Position numbers and translations under genes: made by a program. The notes under the pieces were generated by a model, which saw only the letters and a list, made by a program, of their open reading frames with translations, searched no databases and had not been told where the DNA came from. Below, piece after piece: positions 60,036 through 64,000 of a stretch of 64,000 nt of DNA. Each line of letters begins with the position of its first letter. The stretch's first letter is position 1. The DNA comes from Minisyncoccia bacterium (GTDB lineage: Bacteria; Patescibacteriota; Minisyncoccia; SW-4-49-11), in the NCBI GenBank assembly GCA_044356325.1, contig JBIKWJ010000002.1:24602-88601 (forward strand), in the 5' to 3' direction.

Positions 60036-60197
60036 TCAAACGGGTATATTATCATCCGACTCTTCTAGAGGAATCCTCAAAATAACTCGGCGTTCGGCAT
60101 CATATGCATCCCTATCCGTGATTTTTGAACGAGCTATGAGAGCCATACGATAGTCAGCGAGGGCAACTGTAACAGCCTTAAATTCGGAACCTAACAA
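60036..60197 (-). CDS. Small orphan peptide (53 aa from TTG, or 36 aa from ATG 60146)
   Basis: Follows a TAGACA-17-TATTGT promoter-like sequence; terminator at about 59984-60017. Confidence 0.35.
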   Translation of the reverse strand: MLGSEFKAVTVALADYRMALIARSKITDRDAYDAERRVILRIPLEESDDNIPV

Positions 60198-60349
60198 GTC
60201 TAAAACCTCAAGAGGGAACTCCTAGACAATAGCATATTTCCCCACTTTTGTCTATGATATCTTTCTCATCTTAGTCCATAGTATGTATAAAATATAATAC
60301 ATCGTGTAGGTTTTGTAGAGTGAGTTTTGATGTGGTGGAGGTAGTCATC

Positions 60350-60521
60350 TGTCCCTCGCTGGCGAGGGGGTACCGCTTGCGGTGGGTGTGGACAATTGGC
60401 AAACTATATGTAAAAATTAAACACTGATTTTAATTATATCCACCCCGTCTAGCAAAGCTATCCACCCCTCGAGAGGGGAATTTTTAACACCAAATACAGG
60501 CGACTGAAAGGTCGCCCCTAC
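60350..60521. repeat. REP cluster
   Basis: TGTCCCTCGCTGGCGAGGG unit, inverted CCCCTCGAGAGGGG unit, inverted GTAG REP. Confidence 0.85.
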
Positions 60522-60549
60522 AAAAAAATATCTGTCCAACTTTCTTACA

Positions 60550-61470
60550 TTAAAAAATAATAGTTTCTTTTTCAATATTTTTGATATGCAGATTAATGAA
60601 TTTATATTTAATTGCATTTCTATGTATAATATGAATTGCGAATCTTATTCCTGTCTGATACCAGCCCACAAGAGGTATAAAGGTTAGGAATATTACAAAA
60701 GATACCAAAGCTCCCCAAATTGGGCCACTCATCCAAGGCTCAAGGAATTTGTTGACATAAAGAGCAAATCCTTCTGCAATCGGGGTGTCAGGATTAAGAG
60801 GAATACCAAATCTTTGAGATAATTCAGATACTTGTTGTTTTACTACACCCTTATCGATAGGGCTTGAATTTGATAATTGATCTTTAGCTTCACTTTCTAT
60901 ATAATTACCAACTGAGCCTTGTATATTTACTCCGGGGGCAACTTCTTTTAATAGAGGGCTCAAAGCAGTAGTTTGACTTGAGATAAATGACTCATCTAAA
61001 ATAATTCCATTGGGATTTGTTTTGAGGGTGTTTCCATACACTAAAATCGAAGATAACAACATAAGCCAAATCACTAATCCTCTTGTATGGGGAAGAATGA
61101 TGGTCTTTGTTCGAAACGTAATATGATCTTTTTCACTGGTAATAATATTACGAGAAGTAGTTAATAATACTTCTATTCCTAAAACCAGAACGGCAATTAT
61201 CATATATTTTGTGATATTATCAAAAAACGGTATTAATACAAGTAAAGGTATACTATGTATGGCAATAAGAGTTTTGATGTGTAAATAACTATCTTCAATA
61301 CAAGAATACCAACCGAAAAGCCCCACATATACTATTCCCCATATACTTGTGAGGATAATACCCAGTAAACCCGCAATATAACCACCTATTGTGAGGATAA
61401 TACTACTTATTGTACAAAAAAATAATACCAATATTATTATTTCTATATAGAGAATTTTTTTATTTTGCAT
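60550..61470 (-). CDS. Polytopic membrane protein
   Basis: Several TM helices and one soluble loop; operonic with mutL. Confidence 0.7.
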   Translation of the reverse strand: MQNKKILYIEIIILVLFFCTISSIILTIGGYIAGLLGIILTSIWGIVYVGLFGWYSCIEDSYLHIKTLIAIHSIPLLVLIPFFDNITKYMIIAVLVLGIEVLLTTSRNIITSEKDHITFRTKTIILPHTRGLVIWLMLLSSILVYGNTLKTNPNGIILDESFISSQTTALSPLLKEVAPGVNIQGSVGNYIESEAKDQLSNSSPIDKGVVKQQVSELSQRFGIPLNPDTPIAEGFALYVNKFLEPWMSGPIWGALVSFVIFLTFIPLVGWYQTGIRFAIHIIHRNAIKYKFINLHIKNIEKETIIF

Positions 61471-61476
61471 ATATAT

Positions 61477-63249
61477 TTATCGTGAAAATTGTTTTTCGAA
61501 CCAATCTTTATCTAATTGTACCATAGTTGGGCGTCCATGACAGCAGGCAAATCCAAAATCTGTCTTGGCGGCATCTTTAATCAAAGCTTCTATTTCGGGC
61601 ATTGTCATACTATAGCCCGCTTTGATAGCAGATTTACAGGCTATGGTTTTGAGTAATTCAATTCTTAGCTCCCCGATATCTGTGGTATGCCCTCTTTCTT
61701 GAATAAGAGCAATAAGCCCCGCAATATACTCTTCTGCTTTTTGTGTTTTGGCAAGGAAAACGGGTATTGCTCGGATAATAATTTCAGCGGATCCAAAGTC
61801 ATCAACCTCAAATCCTGGTAATTGAGATAATACTTCAATAGTTATATCTTTTTCTGATTGAGGCACATTATGTGCAATAGGGAATAATAATTGTTGCGAA
61901 GCCACGGGTGTGTCTTGGCTCATCAATTGCTCCAGTATAACTTTTTCATGAACGGCATGTTGATCCAGAATTATAATCCCTTGTTGATTTGGGTATACAA
62001 TATAGGTGTCAAAAATATGAAGATATTGGGGCTTTAGCGTATCAGCTTCTAATAATTCTCTGAAATTAGGCTGTAGCTTTTCAAAAGAATATTCACCTTT
62101 TGTATTATGCTGTTTATAGCTATAGCTCGCAATATAGGGCTCTGATATATGAGATATTTGTGTTCGCTCTTTTAGGTGATAGCCTTCAAAGGCTTTATCT
62201 GAAGAGGGTTTTGGTATATAGTTTGAGTTGCTCGGAGCATTAAAGGTAGGAGATTTTGGTTTTAAAACCACTTCAAAAGCTGATTTTTGCAAAGTATCTC
62301 GTATAATATATTTTACCGCTTGAAATATAGCTCTCTCATCAATGAATTTTACCTCTGTTTTACGAGGATGAACATTTACATCCACCGCTTCTGGGGGAAT
62401 AGACAAGGATACAAAGGCAAATGGATAATGACCAACTTCTAACATAGTGTCAAAACCTTGCTGTATAGCTTTAGTGAGCAATGGCTGTATAACCGGTCTA
62501 TTATTGACAAATATATGATATTGAGGAGATTTTTTGGAAATACGAGGATGTCCAATAAAACCTCTTGCCTGTATACTAGCTCCTAGTGAATCAAGGGGAA
62601 GTAAATATTCTGATTCTTGTACTTTCAAAATTGCTATCACTCGAGACAAGGCATCGCTCGAACTAACATTAATAATTTCTCTTTTTTGAGAAGTATAGAT
62701 AAAAGCCACCTCGGGATGTACTAAAGCAATTTCCTCAATAATACGGGTAATATGAGCAAGTTCGGTATTATGTGTTTTGAGAAATTTTTTGCGAGCAGGG
62801 ACATTATAAAAGAGATTCCGAATAATAATAGTAGTACCAGTATTGTGTTTGGCGACTTGTTTAGTCTCATCGGTATGAGGATTATATTGATATCCAGTCT
62901 CTTCGGTAGCGGTACGCGTAATAAGTTCAACTTGGGCAACTGCCTGAATACTGGAGAGGGCCTCTCCTCGAAATCCCATAGTAGATAATGTTTGTAAATC
63001 CTCTATACTCTGGATTTTACTGGTAGCATGTCTTTGAAACACTTTATCAAAATCAGATTTTTCAATACCAATACCATTATCTTTTATACTTATTTCGGTA
63101 AGCCCCGCATCTAATATATCAATACTAATCTCAGTTGCCCCAGCATCGAGGGAATTTTCAATTAATTCTTTTACAATAGAAGCTGGTCTCTCCACAACCT
63201 CTCCTGCCGCAATTTGATTAATAATGTGTTTGGGTAATAATTGTATCAT
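61477..63249 (-). CDS. mutL: DNA mismatch repair endonuclease
   Basis: [35 protein letters not shown]. Confidence 0.97.
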   Translation of the reverse strand: MIQLLPKHIINQIAAGEVVERPASIVKELIENSLDAGATEISIDILDAGLTEISIKDNGIGIEKSDFDKVFQRHATSKIQSIEDLQTLSTMGFRGEALSSIQAVAQVELITRTATEETGYQYNPHTDETKQVAKHNTGTTIIIRNLFYNVPARKKFLKTHNTELAHITRIIEEIALVHPEVAFIYTSQKREIINVSSSDALSRVIAILKVQESEYLLPLDSLGASIQARGFIGHPRISKKSPQYHIFVNNRPVIQPLLTKAIQQGFDTMLEVGHYPFAFVSLSIPPEAVDVNVHPRKTEVKFIDERAIFQAVKYIIRDTLQKSAFEVVLKPKSPTFNAPSNSNYIPKPSSDKAFEGYHLKERTQISHISEPYIASYSYKQHNTKGEYSFEKLQPNFRELLEADTLKPQYLHIFDTYIVYPNQQGIIILDQHAVHEKVILEQLMSQDTPVASQQLLFPIAHNVPQSEKDITIEVLSQLPGFEVDDFGSAEIIIRAIPVFLAKTQKAEEYIAGLIALIQERGHTTDIGELRIELLKTIACKSAIKAGYSMTMPEIEALIKDAAKTDFGFACCHGRPTMVQLDKDWFEKQFSR

Positions 63250-64000
63250 AATGAATTTTTCTCTTGTAATGTTGCCAATATACTCAAAGCCTCCAGCGGG
63301 GTAATATCATTGAGATTATATGAATGAATCTCGTGTAATAATGCTTTATATTTAGAAATATCGGGATGAGGAGTTATAATAGGCTGACTAGGGGTACTCG
63401 GCAAAAAAGATATTTGAGATTTTTTTTGCTCATATTGGTCTAAAGCTTTCTTTGCTAATTCTAACACATCAGAGGGAAATCCTGCTAACTGGGCTATTGC
63501 AATTCCATAGCTTTTATCTGCCCCACCCTTTTCAATACGGTGCAGGAACACAATATCTCCATTTGATTCTTGAATTTTTACCTGATAATTGATTACCCCT
63601 TGAAACTCTGTTTCCAGCCCTAATAATTCATGATAATGTGTCGCAAATAGAGTTCTGGCTCTAATAGTATTATGAATATATTCAATCAGTCCGCGTGCTA
63701 TACTCATTCCATCATAGGTAGAAGTACCTCTACCCACTTCATCCAGAATAATCAAACTCGAGGCGCTAGCATTATGCAAAATATTTGCAACTTCCAACAT
63801 CTCCACCATAAAGGTACTTTGACCCTCTCCCATATTATCTGAAGCACCAACTCGGGTAAATATTCTATCCACGATACCAATACGAGCTTGTTGAGCTGGG
63901 ACATAATAGCCCATTTGAGCCAATAATACAATTAATGCAATTTGCCTAATATAAGTTGACTTCCCCCCCATATTAGGGCCCGTGATTAGCATCAGAGAAT
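63246..64000 (-). CDS. mutS: DNA mismatch repair protein, C-terminal part (truncated at window end)
   Basis: [31 protein letters not shown]. Confidence 0.97.
   Translation of the reverse strand, partial: SLMLITGPNMGGKSTYIRQIALIVLLAQMGYYVPAQQARIGIVDRIFTRVGASDNMGEGQSTFMVEMLEVANILHNASASSLIILDEVGRGTSTYDGMSIARGLIEYIHNTIRARTLFATHYHELLGLETEFQGVINYQVKIQESNGDIVFLHRIEKGGADKSYGIAIAQLAGFPSDVLELAKKALDQYEQKKSQISFLPSTPSQPIITPHPDISKYKALLHEIHSYNLNDITPLEALSILATLQEKNSL

Noticed and set aside
59896-60039. N-terminal extension of DnaJ
   Set aside because: It reads through an upstream terminator; the canonical start is MAKDYY at 59895
60036-60269. TAG-recoded gene (ATG at 60269 with two in-frame TAGs)
   Set aside because: The TAGs fall in or next to a promoter-like TAGACA-17-TATTGT sequence, and TAG acts as a normal stop elsewhere in the window

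Overview
Chromosomal segment of a low-GC bacterium using the standard code (TGA is a stop). Gene content and style suggest Patescibacteria/CPR; this is inferred from a short YebC, a KKGRAG-loop EF-P and many small orphans, not from a marker search. Housekeeping genes: valS 3' end, uvrA, xseA, efp, polA, ruvC, zwf, SUF cluster, infA-rpmJ-rpsM-rpsK-rpsD-rpoA-rplQ-rplM-rpsI, pnp, rpsO, tRNA-Leu, nrdR, dnaJ, mutL and partial mutS. Accessory content: a fused restriction-methyltransferase, a crtI/lyeJ/cruF-type carotenoid trio, and a cluster of three ATP-grasp ligases with a 7TM protein and a DUF1704-type metallopeptidase. About ten clusters of modular, nested palindromic repeats are scattered through the window. 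One is translated in frame (116 aa) inside the restriction-modification gene, and 241 bp of it is duplicated 1079 bp downstream. Other notable signals: a promoter- and terminator-flanked pair of tRNA-like genes with defective anticodon loops, a single gene inserted with a perfect 41-bp duplication of the sufT-like 3' end, many promoter-orphan-terminator cassettes (two share a lipoprotein leader), and candidate structured sRNAs. All family calls come from motifs read by eye; no database search was run.
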